Origin: a bacterium
Lineage (GTDB): Bacteria > UBA8248
Direction of reading: 5' to 3'
DNA length: 64,000 nt
Assembly (NCBI GenBank): GCA_965200245.1
Contig: CBDATS010000005.1
Location: 1-64,000, forward strand
The notes under the pieces were generated by a model. The model saw nothing but the letters and a program-made list of their open reading frames with translations. It was not told where the DNA came from and ran no database searches. Below, in pieces: positions 10,718-21,077 of this stretch. Within the stretch, counting starts at the first letter, position 1, and each line of letters opens with the position of its first letter. The position numbers and the translations under genes were made by a program.

Positions 10718-11603
10718 TCAAGCCAATTTGTGACTCTTTTTCCACTCATGGAATTCTCTGCGAATGCTTTCCGGCAGCGAATAACTATCTTGCTGATCGT
10801 GGCAACCAACGCACAGAGCCCGTAGATTGTTCCTAGAGTTATCGGACTTGTCCCCGTTTTTGTGATGTGCGTGGAGATGTTTTTAGGCTTCTTTATCTTC
10901 TCCAAGAAACAGGCCGCATCTCTCGCATTTCCACTGTGCTCTTTCACGGCAGATTCTTGAAAATATCGGGTTTGAGGGTGAATATTCATTTACTGGCGCG
11001 GTGACATCCGTATGCGGTGGTTCAAACGGTGGATTAGGAACACCTGCTGAATCATATTTTTCAAAGAATTCTTTCAAAGAAAATTCACAAACTCTTTTCT
11101 TTTTATCCTCTGCAGGGAGTTCAAATCGAAAGCCTTTCCATTCTATATTGGACAAACAATTTTGGCATACGAGTAAGTCTACAAGTTTGTTCTCCTCGAA
11201 AATTCTACCAAAACGCATAATGTTGACGATGAACTTTCCGTCCTCCCGGGTCGAGAGAACATATCGTTCACGTCTACCCCTGTTTTGCATGCCCTGTAAG
11301 GTTCGGCAATTCGCAATGTGGAACCGGCGATATTTTTTTTGCGTTGTCGAAGCGACAATATTGTTCACCAGAATCAATAATATTTTGGTCTCGAATATAG
11401 ACCAGAATCTTGCGGCCTTCCCAAACCAAAGTGCCGTCTGGATCAACACCAACATCTTTCAGCGTATCGGATTCTTTGCCTCTTTGTTTCAAAATGACGT
11501 CTATAGTTTCCCATATAGGGGTGTGCTCGTCTCGAACCAGTCTTTTGATGCCCATTTTGTTAAGAACCGCGTCAAGTTCGGGAAATGAAACTTCTATTTT
11601 CAT
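10718..11603 (-). pseudogene. zorE: Zorya type II effector ZorE (HNH nuclease); frameshift near 11335 and in-frame TAA at 10883-10885
   Basis: LVYIRD, RFHIANCRTL, VCQNCL, FSLKEFF, CERCG; past the stop reads HHKNGDKSDN..NLRALCVGCH; ATGA overlap with zorB. Confidence 0.85.
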
Positions 11604-12307
11604 CGCTCTCCTTTCCTCGTGAGGATCTGGACGATCCTTTTCTCCGCGTTCGTTCTTACGCGAAATTCTACCCTTCTGGATTTTTCCTTGTTCTCGCGAC
11701 CATCTTCGACAACAGGCTTGCTTGAGGAAAGCCCGTTCGCTGTAAGCTTTTCCTTAAGCCACTCGAAATCGCTGGATACCGCATTCAAATTCAAAGCATA
11801 TTCCAGAACGGCTCTCGTCCTTTGCTGGGAGAGAGCCATGTTCCTGAAGTAAGCGGTTTTGTGATCGATCGATGTCGCCCACTCACTGGAGGTGTGACCT
11901 TCAATTCGCACCTCTTCGATGTCAGTTTTATATTTCCGACCTGTGAGAATACTCACATATCGGGGGAAAAAGTCGGTCAGAATTTCCTGAAATTTCTCTT
12001 TCAAAACGGCTTCGGACTACTCGAAGAGCACTTCTGGTTCTCGGAAGGTGATGGCAAGTGTTACACGGTTGATTTCTGCGGACCATTTCGGCAAATCGTC
12101 CTTGAATTCGTACTTGAGATCTTCATAGAGACTATCTTGCAAACGATTGTATGTGACAGCGACTTCCTCAATATTCTTTTTATCCTTGTGCACCGTGACC
12201 ATAAAGATTACGGTAAGGAACATGAAAATCATCATGGTGACGGACATGACATCCGAGATGGATATCCACTGCTCCTCATTTTCTTCGTGGAGTGTATCAG
12301 CGTCCAT
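11600..12307 (-). pseudogene. zorB: Zorya ZorB (MotB-like TM Asp plus OmpA domain); in-frame TAG at 12017-12019
   Basis: WISISDVMS TM; IEGHTS, LSQQRT, SRRVEF; the two ORFs are in the same frame. Confidence 0.88.
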
Positions 12308-13813
12308 CAGCTTCCAGCCCTTCAATCATCACCTTTAGCTTATCCGCTAATAGCGTATAATCTTCGGCGAATCGAGCTGAGATACTCGCCAATCTACTGC
12401 CAAAATCTCTCAGTACTTTCGTAAGCTCTTCAGCAAGGCCTTCATCTATTTCTTTCATCCGGGCTTCGATGCTCTCGGAATTTCTTTGCGCCAACTGGAC
12501 GATTTCCTTCTCCGTCTTCTTGAATGTTTCCGTTACCAGGGAATTTACTCTATCGGCCAGATTCGAGACGAGTTTTTTCTGTTGTTCTTCGGCGTCGCTT
12601 ACGCTGGCGCGCATGTGTTCGATATGTTGCTTGGATGTTTCGCTAATCTTCTCAACAGCGGAGGTAGCAACCTCGTCGAGTTCAGAAAATCCGTCGATTA
12701 CTGTTTGATTGAATCTTTTTTGTTCGTCGAGGGATTCCTGGTTCGCCTTTAGGGCCTTTTGGACGGATTCGGAAAAATTCTCCGTGAGTTCGTTTACCTT
12801 CGCTTCAAGGGTGGGCAACAGCGTTTGCGCTTTTTCTGACATATTGGAGAAATTTTCCAGATATTCTTTCATCCGTTCTCTTTGCTCCTGAATGCCGGTC
12901 AGAATCGGATCAAGTTTTTCCGCCGCGTCGGTGATGGCGACACTACGCTCCGCAATCTGTTCGATGGTATCTCGTACCTGCTCGATAGTGGAAACCGTTC
13001 TATCAAATTGCTCAATCATAGTTTCGGTTTGCATCGCATACTTATCCTGCCAATCGACGAGTTTTTCGACACCTTCGTTGAGGTGTTTGAAATTATCCCC
13101 GAATTGTTCGTTTATCCTCGTGTTGAAATCGCGCATCACCTCTTCGAGAGCTTCGATGAGCTTTTGACTGTTTGCCTCTGCCATATTTTCCGCGAAATTC
13201 CGGAACTCCTCAATGAGATCATCCTGCTTGTCGGCGAAGGTGGTTCGCAATCTCGTGACTTGAGTGAGAAGGGAGGTATCTTCCTCGCCTGAGACCGAGG
13301 CCCGGATGTTTTCCAGGCTTTCCAGCATCTGCTGGTGGTTCTCTTTTCCCGACTCAATCTGTTCTTTCAAAAGGTCTGCCAAGGTTTGTACTGTAGCCCC
13401 ATGAGAGCTTTTTTCCTTGACCATAGCGGCATCACGGAGCTTGCTATTCTCGCGATGAGAGTCGCCCCTATACCGAATATGGAAGTCAAGAACGCCGTTT
13501 TCAACCCGGCGAGGAGCGGTGGGACGCTGTTTTCTATATTGTTGGTGTCAAAATCTTTCAGGCCGAGAGCAATGCCGATGAACGTTCCCAGGATTCCAAG
13601 AACTGTAGTTGTGGATTGCGAAAATCTGAGGGCGCTTCTTTTCCAGAAACCTAACAAAATACAGAATACCAGACATCCGAATATTCCCACGCAAAAAACT
13701 TGCGTGAGTCGCTCGGGATCACTGGAGGGAGAAACAACGGGTTGAAAAAGAGTCAATAGAGACGAAAAGATAGGGTGCAGATAATCAACGATGGACAATA
13801 CCGCAGAATTCAT
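12297..13813 (-). pseudogene. zorA: Zorya ZorA (MotA-like TMs plus long helical tail); frameshift near 13410
   Basis: LGILGTFIGI..GL..FD..NI..SVP.LL.GLKTAFLTS; tail LIEALEEVMRDFNTRINEQFGDNFKHLN. Confidence 0.88.
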
Positions 13814-14135
13814 AAATAGCACCAAACAGTTGTTATTGGCCGAACAAGTTTCCGCGATAATTCTCTAGATAGTTGGTTCGGGTCTTGAGCACCGGTTGAT
13901 TCAATTCACCTAGTAAGCCTCGAGTCGAATGGAATCCATTACATCTTTATATTCTGCTATATTCTGCGAACAATAGAGCATTTCTTTGAACTGAATTCAA
14001 GATTCTGAATACTCCGTACCTGTCGGACACAGGCTTCGGACGTTAGTGAAACCATCCTGATGAAGTGTTGCGGTAAGGTTCATCTTGGCGGCGGCGTCTG
14101 GAAACGCTCATTCTTTAACCTTTAACGCGATTGAC

Positions 14136-14930
14136 TTACCAGAGCGACTTCAAACGTCCGCCGTCGAGATTGAGGGAAACTCCAGTGATGTAGCTCGCCC
14201 TCTCCGAACAGAGAAACACGATGGCGTCGGCCAGTTCTGCGGGTCTGCCGAAGCGGCCCAGCGCGTTCTTCCTGGCCGCGCGCCGGCGGGCCTCTTCCTC
14301 GGAGTCGGCGGCGAGTTCTGCCGCGAGGCCTTCCGCGTTCATCCGCCAGAGTGCCGTGTCCACCCAGCCGGGACATACCGCGTTCACATGAATCCCCGCC
14401 TCGCCGAATTCGGTGGAGAGCGATTTCGTCAGGTTCAGGAGCGCGCTGTTCGTCATGCCGCTTCCGAACATGTAGGGGTCGGGCTCCTTCCCCGCCCCGC
14501 CGATCATGTTCACGATACGGTCCCAGCCCTTCGTGCGCATCCCCGGTTCCACGAGACGGATGAGGCGAAGGAAGCCGAACAGCTTGGTGTCGAGCTGTTT
14601 CTGGAAAGCGGCGTCATCCAGCACTTCGAATCTGCCCGAACTCATGGTGCCCGCGTTGTTCACGAGAATGTCGATGGCACCGAATCTCTCCTGCGCTTTC
14701 CGGACCAGGGGCACGAGTTCCCCCTCGTTCGAGGTGTCCGTCGCAACGAAATCGATCTCGCCACCCGTCTCCTTCGCCAGTTGCGTGCAGGTCTCGGAGA
14801 GAACTTCCCCGTTCCTTGCACAGGTGAATACGCGCACGCCTTCTTCCAGAAAACGTCTCGCCGTCTCGCGGCCGATACCCCGGCTGCCGCCCGTCACCAG
14901 GGCCGATTTCCCCTGTATTCCTAAATCCAC
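14136..14930 (-). CDS. SDR family oxidoreductase
   Basis: TGGSRGIG, DILVNNAG, VNAVCPG, YITG...DGG; atypical active site. Confidence 0.92.
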   Translation of the reverse strand: MDLGIQGKSALVTGGSRGIGRETARRFLEEGVRVFTCARNGEVLSETCTQLAKETGGEIDFVATDTSNEGELVPLVRKAQERFGAIDILVNNAGTMSSGRFEVLDDAAFQKQLDTKLFGFLRLIRLVEPGMRTKGWDRIVNMIGGAGKEPDPYMFGSGMTNSALLNLTKSLSTEFGEAGIHVNAVCPGWVDTALWRMNAEGLAAELAADSEEEARRRAARKNALGRFGRPAELADAIVFLCSERASYITGVSLNLDGGRLKSLW

Positions 14931-15024
14931 GGTTTTCTCCCCTCGGTAGTGACAGGATACTGTGCCTGTCCGGCGAAAGACACCCACGTGAGACACCCCT
15001 CTGAAACCATCGTTTCCACCCGCC

Positions 15025-15615
15025 CTAACCCGATACCTGTGCCACCTCTTCCCATTCCTTCCAGCCGATTATTTCACTGGGTGGTTCCACGGGGTTGTGT
15101 AGGCCGTCCTGCAGGCGGTTCCAGGCGTTGAAGAGACAGGAGAACAGCGTCAACTCCACGATGTCCTTTTCGCTGAAAAACTCCTTCATCGGCGCGAACG
15201 AGGCGTCGTCTGCGGCGGCGGTGTTGCGCGTAAGCGCCGTCGCCCAGCGGATCACCGCCTTTTCGCGCTCATCGAACAGATCGCTCTCTTCCCACCCATC
15301 GACTATCAGGGAAATATGTTCGTCGTTCAAACCGGCAGCTTGACCAAGCTTAATGTTGTGGTTCGTTCATATCTCGCAGTCGTTGATGAGAGAGGGGGTG
15401 AGTATCGCAAGCTGCATCAGGCGCATCCTGTCCGAATCGGTGCGCCACTGGCTTCTCAGGGCTACCGTCAGGTTCATGATGTGGCGCAAGGCTTCGGGTG
15501 AATGCGCCAGGGCGCGGTAGAAGCTGGGCACCGTGCCCCATCTTTCCCTCGATTGTTCAAACAGCGGTTCGTGAGCGCCTTTGGCGTCATCGGGTACCGG
15601 CGTGATTCTCGACAT
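15025..15615 (-). CDS. AhpD/carboxymuconolactone decarboxylase-like selenoprotein (Sec at 15367-15369)
   Basis: Two in-frame ORFs join as SLINDCEI-U-TNH (CxxU..H); SECIS-like hairpin follows; C-terminal half FSEKDIVELT...FNAWNR. Confidence 0.85.
15337..15350 (-). promoter_or_regulatory. candidate bacterial SECIS hairpin
   Basis: AGCUU-GGUC-AAGCU; loop G 21 nt after the UGA. Confidence 0.6.
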
Positions 15616-15891
15616 GCCAATCTCCTCATGCTGGGTTCGCAGCAAATTCAGTGCAGGTGTTTTGTCTTATTTTTATCAGATTTCCGGGGAGGCTACCAAG
15701 GGGTGAACACGGTCGATAGGGAAGATTCTGCGGAATCAGGACCCAGGACAGGGACAGGTCGCGACCCGCGGGACCGCTTCGTGGAGGGTCTCTCACTACG
15801 GATTTCTGAAACAATATTTGCCCTCCTTTGCAGTGGATACTTCCCCCTGCTATAAGTCGCCTTGCCGCATCGCCCGGAAAGGAAACCCCCG

Positions 15892-16602
15892 ATGGTGCAC
15901 CAGAACATACTCATTATCGCTGCCCACCCGGACGATATCGAGTTCCGTTCGGCGGGTTCGGTCGCCAAATGGGTGCGCGAGGGCAGGCGTGTAGAGTATT
16001 GCCTTGCCACGAGCGGGGACAAGGGCGTGAACGGCCCGGAATCGCGGACCATGACCATCGAGGAAAAACAGGCGATTCGCGAGAGGGAACAGCGTGAGGC
16101 GGCGGCGGTCGTGGGCGTGTCGCAGATTCATTTCCTGCGCCATACGGACGGCGAAGTGCGAAACACCACTGAACTCAGGCGTGATCTCGTGCGCGTCATG
16201 AGGGCGTGCAAGCCGGAACTCGTGATCGCCGACGACCCGGCAAACGACGCCTTCGACAGCTTCTACGGCTACCACAGCGATCATCGCGCCGTCGCCAGGG
16301 CGGCCTTCGACGCGCTCTACCCCGCCGTGGGAAACGAGAATTATTTCCCGGAACTCCTCGCCGAGGGTCTGGAACCGCACAAACCCAGGGAAGCCTATTT
16401 CAAGACGATTCGCGGCTCCGACACTTGGATCGATATCACCGACACGTTCGACCTCAAAGTAAAGGCGCTCCATTGCCACAAGAGCCAGCTCGACGAGTCC
16501 GAAGACCTCATTACCCACCTGCGCAACTGGGCGAAGCGATCAGGCGAGGCGGGCGGCCTGGAGTGCGCCGAATCCTGCCGGCGCATGGAGGTCCCGCAGT
16601 AA
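15892..16602 (+). CDS. PIG-L family deacetylase
   Basis: AHPDD, TSGDKG, RxxEQREAA, HSDH, ALHCHKSQ. Confidence 0.92.
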   Translation: MVHQNILIIAAHPDDIEFRSAGSVAKWVREGRRVEYCLATSGDKGVNGPESRTMTIEEKQAIREREQREAAAVVGVSQIHFLRHTDGEVRNTTELRRDLVRVMRACKPELVIADDPANDAFDSFYGYHSDHRAVARAAFDALYPAVGNENYFPELLAEGLEPHKPREAYFKTIRGSDTWIDITDTFDLKVKALHCHKSQLDESEDLITHLRNWAKRSGEAGGLECAESCRRMEVPQ

Positions 16603-16775
16603 GGAGGCGGCGACCAGATCCAGCCACATCTCCCTCCCGGAACAGCAAACAGCAATCGCTCTTTCCTCAGTGACGATTGACCTCCTCGTCCGGGTTTGAA
16701 CTTGCACAAAATACCCAAATGCTTACACTAGGGCTTCGAAAACACTTTTCTCATTCGTTCGCGTGAGGAGCGCAC

Positions 16776-18650
16776 ATGCTCGGATATCAAGGAAAGATTC
16801 TGCACATCGACCTAAGCAACCGCACGTCCCGCGTCGAGGAATTCGGCGAGGAGATGGGCCGCAGGTTTCTCGGCGGAAACGGCTTCGGGGCCAAGATTCT
16901 CTGGGATCACCTGCAACCCGGCACCGAGGCGCTGTCCCCTGAAAACATCATCGTCTTTGCCGTGGGACCCTATACGGATTCCGCCGTGCCGAGTGCGAGC
17001 CGTGCGTGTGCCGCCGCCATCAGCCCGCTCACCGGACTTTTCTTCGATTCCACCTTCGGCGGTGCCTGGCCCATCACGCTCAAACGCACCGGCCACGACG
17101 CAATCGTCCTTCACGGGAAGGCCGATTCCCTCGTCTACCTCCTGCTCACCGAAGAAGGCGTGGCGTTCAGGGATGCAGGCGATCTGAAGGGCAAATGGAT
17201 TCGCGAGACGTGCGATACCATCACCGATCGCGAGGGCGGCACGGACGTTCTGGCCATCGGACCCGCGGGTGAGAATCAGGTGCGCTTCGCGGCCATGGCG
17301 CACACATGGCGCAAGAGCCGTGACGGCATCAGCGGGCGCGGCGGCATGGCGGCCGTTCTGGGCAGCAAGAACGTCAAGGCCATCGCCGTGCGCGGCAAGG
17401 CGAAGACCGCCTGGGCGGACGCCAAGGCCCTGCGAACCTACGTGAACGAAACCGCCGAGGATGTGCGCACGGGCACGGCGGCTCTCCACAAATACGGCAC
17501 ACCGATTCTAGTGAACATGATCAACAAGATGGGCGCGCTCGGCACGCGGAACCTCATGAGCGAGGTTTTCGAGAATTGCGAGCCCATCAGCGGCGAATAC
17601 ATGCACGACAATTTCCTGGACAAGCACACCACCTGCCTCAAATGTCCGGTTGCGTGCGGTAAGAATTACATGATGAAAGGCGGAGATTTCGACGGTCTCG
17701 TGTGGAAACTCCCCGAGTACGAGACCATCTTCGCTCTGGGGACCATGCTGGGCATCGGCGATCCGGGCGTGATGCTCCAGGCCAACATGCTCTGTGACGA
17801 ACTGGGCCTTGACACCATATCCGCGGGCGTCACGCTCTCGCTCGCCTTCGAGTGCATGGAAAAAGGACTGTTGAGCGAAGCGGAAGTCGGTGAACCGCTC
17901 AATTGGGGCGATTCGGCCACCATGCTGAGACTTCTGGAAGAGATGACCCTCCGAAAGGGTTTTGGCGACAGGCTTGCGGAGGGCGGACAACAGTTGGCCG
18001 CAGAAATCGGCGGCGACGCGCCCAACCTGCTGTATGCCTCCCGTGGTCTCGAACTTCCCGCGCACAGCGCGCGCGCGCTCAAGGGCATGTCCATCGGCTA
18101 TGCCACGGGCACGAGGGGCGGCAGCCACCACGACACCCGCCCTACCCTGCAATACGCCTCGGATCACGACAACACCTCCACCGAGGGGAAGCCCGCCTTC
18201 GCCGTGCGCACGCAGAACTTCACCGCGCTGGGCGATTCCATCACCCAGTGTCGCTTCACGGCTGAGCGCGGCTACGGGGCGATGATAAACGAGAAATACG
18301 CGACGATGCTGAACCTCGTGACCGGGTGGGATACGACCGAGACGGAACTGGAAGAAACCGGCGAGCGCATCTGCAACCTGGAGCGCGCCCTGCACGTCCG
18401 CGAGGGGGTGGATCGTGCACGGGACATGCTCCCCTACAAGGTGATGCACGAGCCGATTCCCGACGGGCCGCACAAGGGAATGCACTGCCCGCCGGACGAG
18501 CTCGAAGCCATGAAAGACGAGTTCTACGGCATCAGGGGATGGGACAAGAACGGCACGCCCACGGCGGCGACGCTCGAAAGGCTCGAACTGAACGATGTGG
18601 CCCAGGCCCTCGCCGCTTCCCGCAATGGCGGGAGCAACGGCGCGGGTTGA
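16776..18650 (+). CDS. aldehyde ferredoxin oxidoreductase family (W/Mo)
   Basis: SPLTG, IGPAGEN, GRGGMAAVLGSKNVKAI, CxxCPVAC, PEYET, CDELGLDTIS. Confidence 0.95.
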   Translation: MLGYQGKILHIDLSNRTSRVEEFGEEMGRRFLGGNGFGAKILWDHLQPGTEALSPENIIVFAVGPYTDSAVPSASRACAAAISPLTGLFFDSTFGGAWPITLKRTGHDAIVLHGKADSLVYLLLTEEGVAFRDAGDLKGKWIRETCDTITDREGGTDVLAIGPAGENQVRFAAMAHTWRKSRDGISGRGGMAAVLGSKNVKAIAVRGKAKTAWADAKALRTYVNETAEDVRTGTAALHKYGTPILVNMINKMGALGTRNLMSEVFENCEPISGEYMHDNFLDKHTTCLKCPVACGKNYMMKGGDFDGLVWKLPEYETIFALGTMLGIGDPGVMLQANMLCDELGLDTISAGVTLSLAFECMEKGLLSEAEVGEPLNWGDSATMLRLLEEMTLRKGFGDRLAEGGQQLAAEIGGDAPNLLYASRGLELPAHSARALKGMSIGYATGTRGGSHHDTRPTLQYASDHDNTSTEGKPAFAVRTQNFTALGDSITQCRFTAERGYGAMINEKYATMLNLVTGWDTTETELEETGERICNLERALHVREGVDRARDMLPYKVMHEPIPDGPHKGMHCPPDELEAMKDEFYGIRGWDKNGTPTAATLERLELNDVAQALAASRNGGSNGAG

Positions 18651-18756
18651 ATTCACAGGGGTCCTCCGAGAACGGCCCCGAAAAGAGAAATTTGCCCCCT
18701 GTCACTGATTCAAGCCATACGATTTTCTTGCAGATTATTTCTGTAAAGAGAGTAAA

Positions 18757-19734
18757 ATGCTGAAAAAATCAATCGTATGCATGTTTTCGGTTCTGGTCAT
18801 GTTTTTTGTGTCGGGCTGTGGTGGTGGAAGCGGGGGAAGCAGTACAACGACAATGCCTCCGGTAGTTACTGATCCTGATCCAGATACTGAACCTCCTGTA
18901 GTGGATCCTGACCCCGGAACTCCTGACCCAGTGCCTGTAATGGATTTGGCTGACTTCATGGAACGACATTCCGCTTTTGTGATGTTGCGCATGCCTGATG
19001 CCGCCAATCACCAGGAAAGCGCAACTGCACCGGTCAGGTTTGCCAGGAATGCAGACGATTCATTTACCATTAAAATCGGGGAACGGCTGGAAAGTCGCGG
19101 CGACGAGTATTCAATCGGCACCCTTACGGATGCCGGCAAGAACATTGATGGTGTTCCTGGATACAGGGGCCGTGTAATTTCGGGCAGTCTCGTTCAGGGA
19201 GGAACGGATACTCCATGGCAGGCGGCCGCAGAAGTCTACCATGATGACCATGTCTCATTCGGGATGTGGATGGCTGCAAATGGAGAGCCAGCGGAGAAAA
19301 ATCAGATTCATCTGGGCGCTTTCGGTTCCAGGGCTGCTGGACGGACGAATCATGCAACCCTGGATGCATTGAAGGGAAGCGGATCATACAGCGGTACTAC
19401 CGTTGGTTATCATACGAACGGCGATTCGATTCAGCGGTTTGAAGGCAGTGTAATGCTCAATGTTGATTTTACCCAAATGACGGCATCCGGCCAGACATCT
19501 CATTTGATAGCTGATGATGGCAGTGTGGTTTCAAAGGGGGTCATGCTTGGTCTTGCCGATATCGAGCCTGTAGTTACCGGAATGGCGCATGAAGGTAACA
19601 GGGAAGGTACGTGGAAAGGTGCATTTGCAGGCAACGAAGCCATGCATATGTCCGGTTCATACGGCATCAGGAATGAACAGGAATCCTTGCTTGGTGCTTT
19701 TGGTGCAGGAGTTCCGCCAAGAGTGCTGAGGTAA
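18757..19734 (+). CDS. TbpB-like surface lipoprotein
   Basis: Lipobox VSGC, G/S and PD linker, C-terminal beta-barrel (SYSGTTVG...NVDF...GAFGA); AT-richer than flanks. Confidence 0.7.
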   Translation: MLKKSIVCMFSVLVMFFVSGCGGGSGGSSTTTMPPVVTDPDPDTEPPVVDPDPGTPDPVPVMDLADFMERHSAFVMLRMPDAANHQESATAPVRFARNADDSFTIKIGERLESRGDEYSIGTLTDAGKNIDGVPGYRGRVISGSLVQGGTDTPWQAAAEVYHDDHVSFGMWMAANGEPAEKNQIHLGAFGSRAAGRTNHATLDALKGSGSYSGTTVGYHTNGDSIQRFEGSVMLNVDFTQMTASGQTSHLIADDGSVVSKGVMLGLADIEPVVTGMAHEGNREGTWKGAFAGNEAMHMSGSYGIRNEQESLLGAFGAGVPPRVLR

Positions 19735-19773
19735 TGCCAGGAAGAAAGATGTAACTGTTCTGTGCAATCCCCC

Positions 19774-19820
19774 AAAAACCATCTCCCGGCCCTGTGTCAG
19801 GCCGGGAAATGATTTTTTCT
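19774..19820. terminator. bidirectional intrinsic terminator
   Basis: tcccggcc/ggccggga stem flanked by A and T runs between convergent genes. Confidence 0.65.
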
Positions 19821-19833
19821 TCAGGGTTTCAGT

Positions 19834-20838
19834 CTACATGAAATATTTCCGGTCGTTCATGTTCGGGTACATATCCCCCACCCATTTCTCGTAGCCGTTG
19901 AACAGGAGCGTCGGCCTTCTCTCGTTCGTTCCCAGCATGCGCTCGGTAGCCTGGGACCATCTGGGATGATTGAATTTCGGGTTGATGTTCGCCCAGAAGC
20001 CATATTCGCTGGGCCCTGCCTTTTCCCAGAACGTCCGGGGACGCTTGTCGGTAAACTCGATGGAAACGATGGACTTGATGCTCTTGAATCCATACTTCCA
20101 GGGAACCACCAGCCGCAGGGGGGCACCGTGCTGCTGCGGCAGCGGGTGCCCGTAAATGCCCGTGCCCATGATGGCGAGTTCGTTCATGGCTTCTTGCATG
20201 GTGAGGCTTTCCACGTAAGGCCAGGGATACCAGACCTGGAGCTGTCCCAACGCCACCTTGCGGTTCAGGAAAGTGGTGAATTTGACGTATTTCGCCTTGC
20301 TCGTGGGTTCCACTTTCCTGATCAGTTCGGAGATCCTGAAACCCGTCCATGGAACGGCCATCGCCCACGCTTCCACACAGCGGAAACGATACAGTCGTTC
20401 CTCAAGCGTCATGCCCTTGATCAACTCGTCGATGTCGTAGGTTTTGGGCCTCTTGACGTGGCCTTTCACCTCCACTTGCCAGGGACGCGTTTCCATGCGC
20501 CTGGCGAGCCAGGAGATCGCCTTGTTGCCGCCGAATTCATAAAAATTGTTGTACTCGGCCGCTACCTTTTCATCCGTGAGGGGCCGGTCCAGCGTAAAGG
20601 CGGGGTTCCGGCGTGCCGGATAAAGGCTCACCGTCTGATCCTTCGGATGCGCTCCCCCTTTCTTCGCCTGGGCCACGGCCAGCGGCCCGTCCCGCTCGGG
20701 CCAGTAAGGGGGTGTAACCATCTGGCTCAGCATCAGACCCGCACCGCCCGCCAGAAAATTGCGACGGTTCATGAATACGGATTCATGCGTCGCCTCGCGT
20801 TCTGGCATCGACCATTCGGGCTTTTTGATATATTTCAT
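19834..20838 (-). CDS. msrP: protein-methionine-sulfoxide reductase catalytic subunit
   Basis: Tat motif RRNFL; YNNFYEFG, RFRCVEAW, GAPLRLVVPWKYGFKSIKSI, HPRWSQATER. Confidence 0.96.
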   Translation of the reverse strand: MKYIKKPEWSMPEREATHESVFMNRRNFLAGGAGLMLSQMVTPPYWPERDGPLAVAQAKKGGAHPKDQTVSLYPARRNPAFTLDRPLTDEKVAAEYNNFYEFGGNKAISWLARRMETRPWQVEVKGHVKRPKTYDIDELIKGMTLEERLYRFRCVEAWAMAVPWTGFRISELIRKVEPTSKAKYVKFTTFLNRKVALGQLQVWYPWPYVESLTMQEAMNELAIMGTGIYGHPLPQQHGAPLRLVVPWKYGFKSIKSIVSIEFTDKRPRTFWEKAGPSEYGFWANINPKFNHPRWSQATERMLGTNERRPTLLFNGYEKWVGDMYPNMNDRKYFM

Positions 20839-21077
20839 GTTGTCCCCTTCTGGGTTGAGGCCGGAGTTATGTCTCATCTCCGGAACAGGAAAACCTGTTT
20901 CCTGTGTACCATGTATGCGGATACGCTTTCCATGTCGATCTCTGGAAAGATATCATAGAAACCTCACCGGGTTCGTGAGAAAATCCGGTTTCAGGAAATC
21001 TTGGCAGGGAGTGAGGGAGTCCACCCTCCACGTACGACGTGCGGCCAAGGGAACCACCATTTGATCGAGGAGAACCC

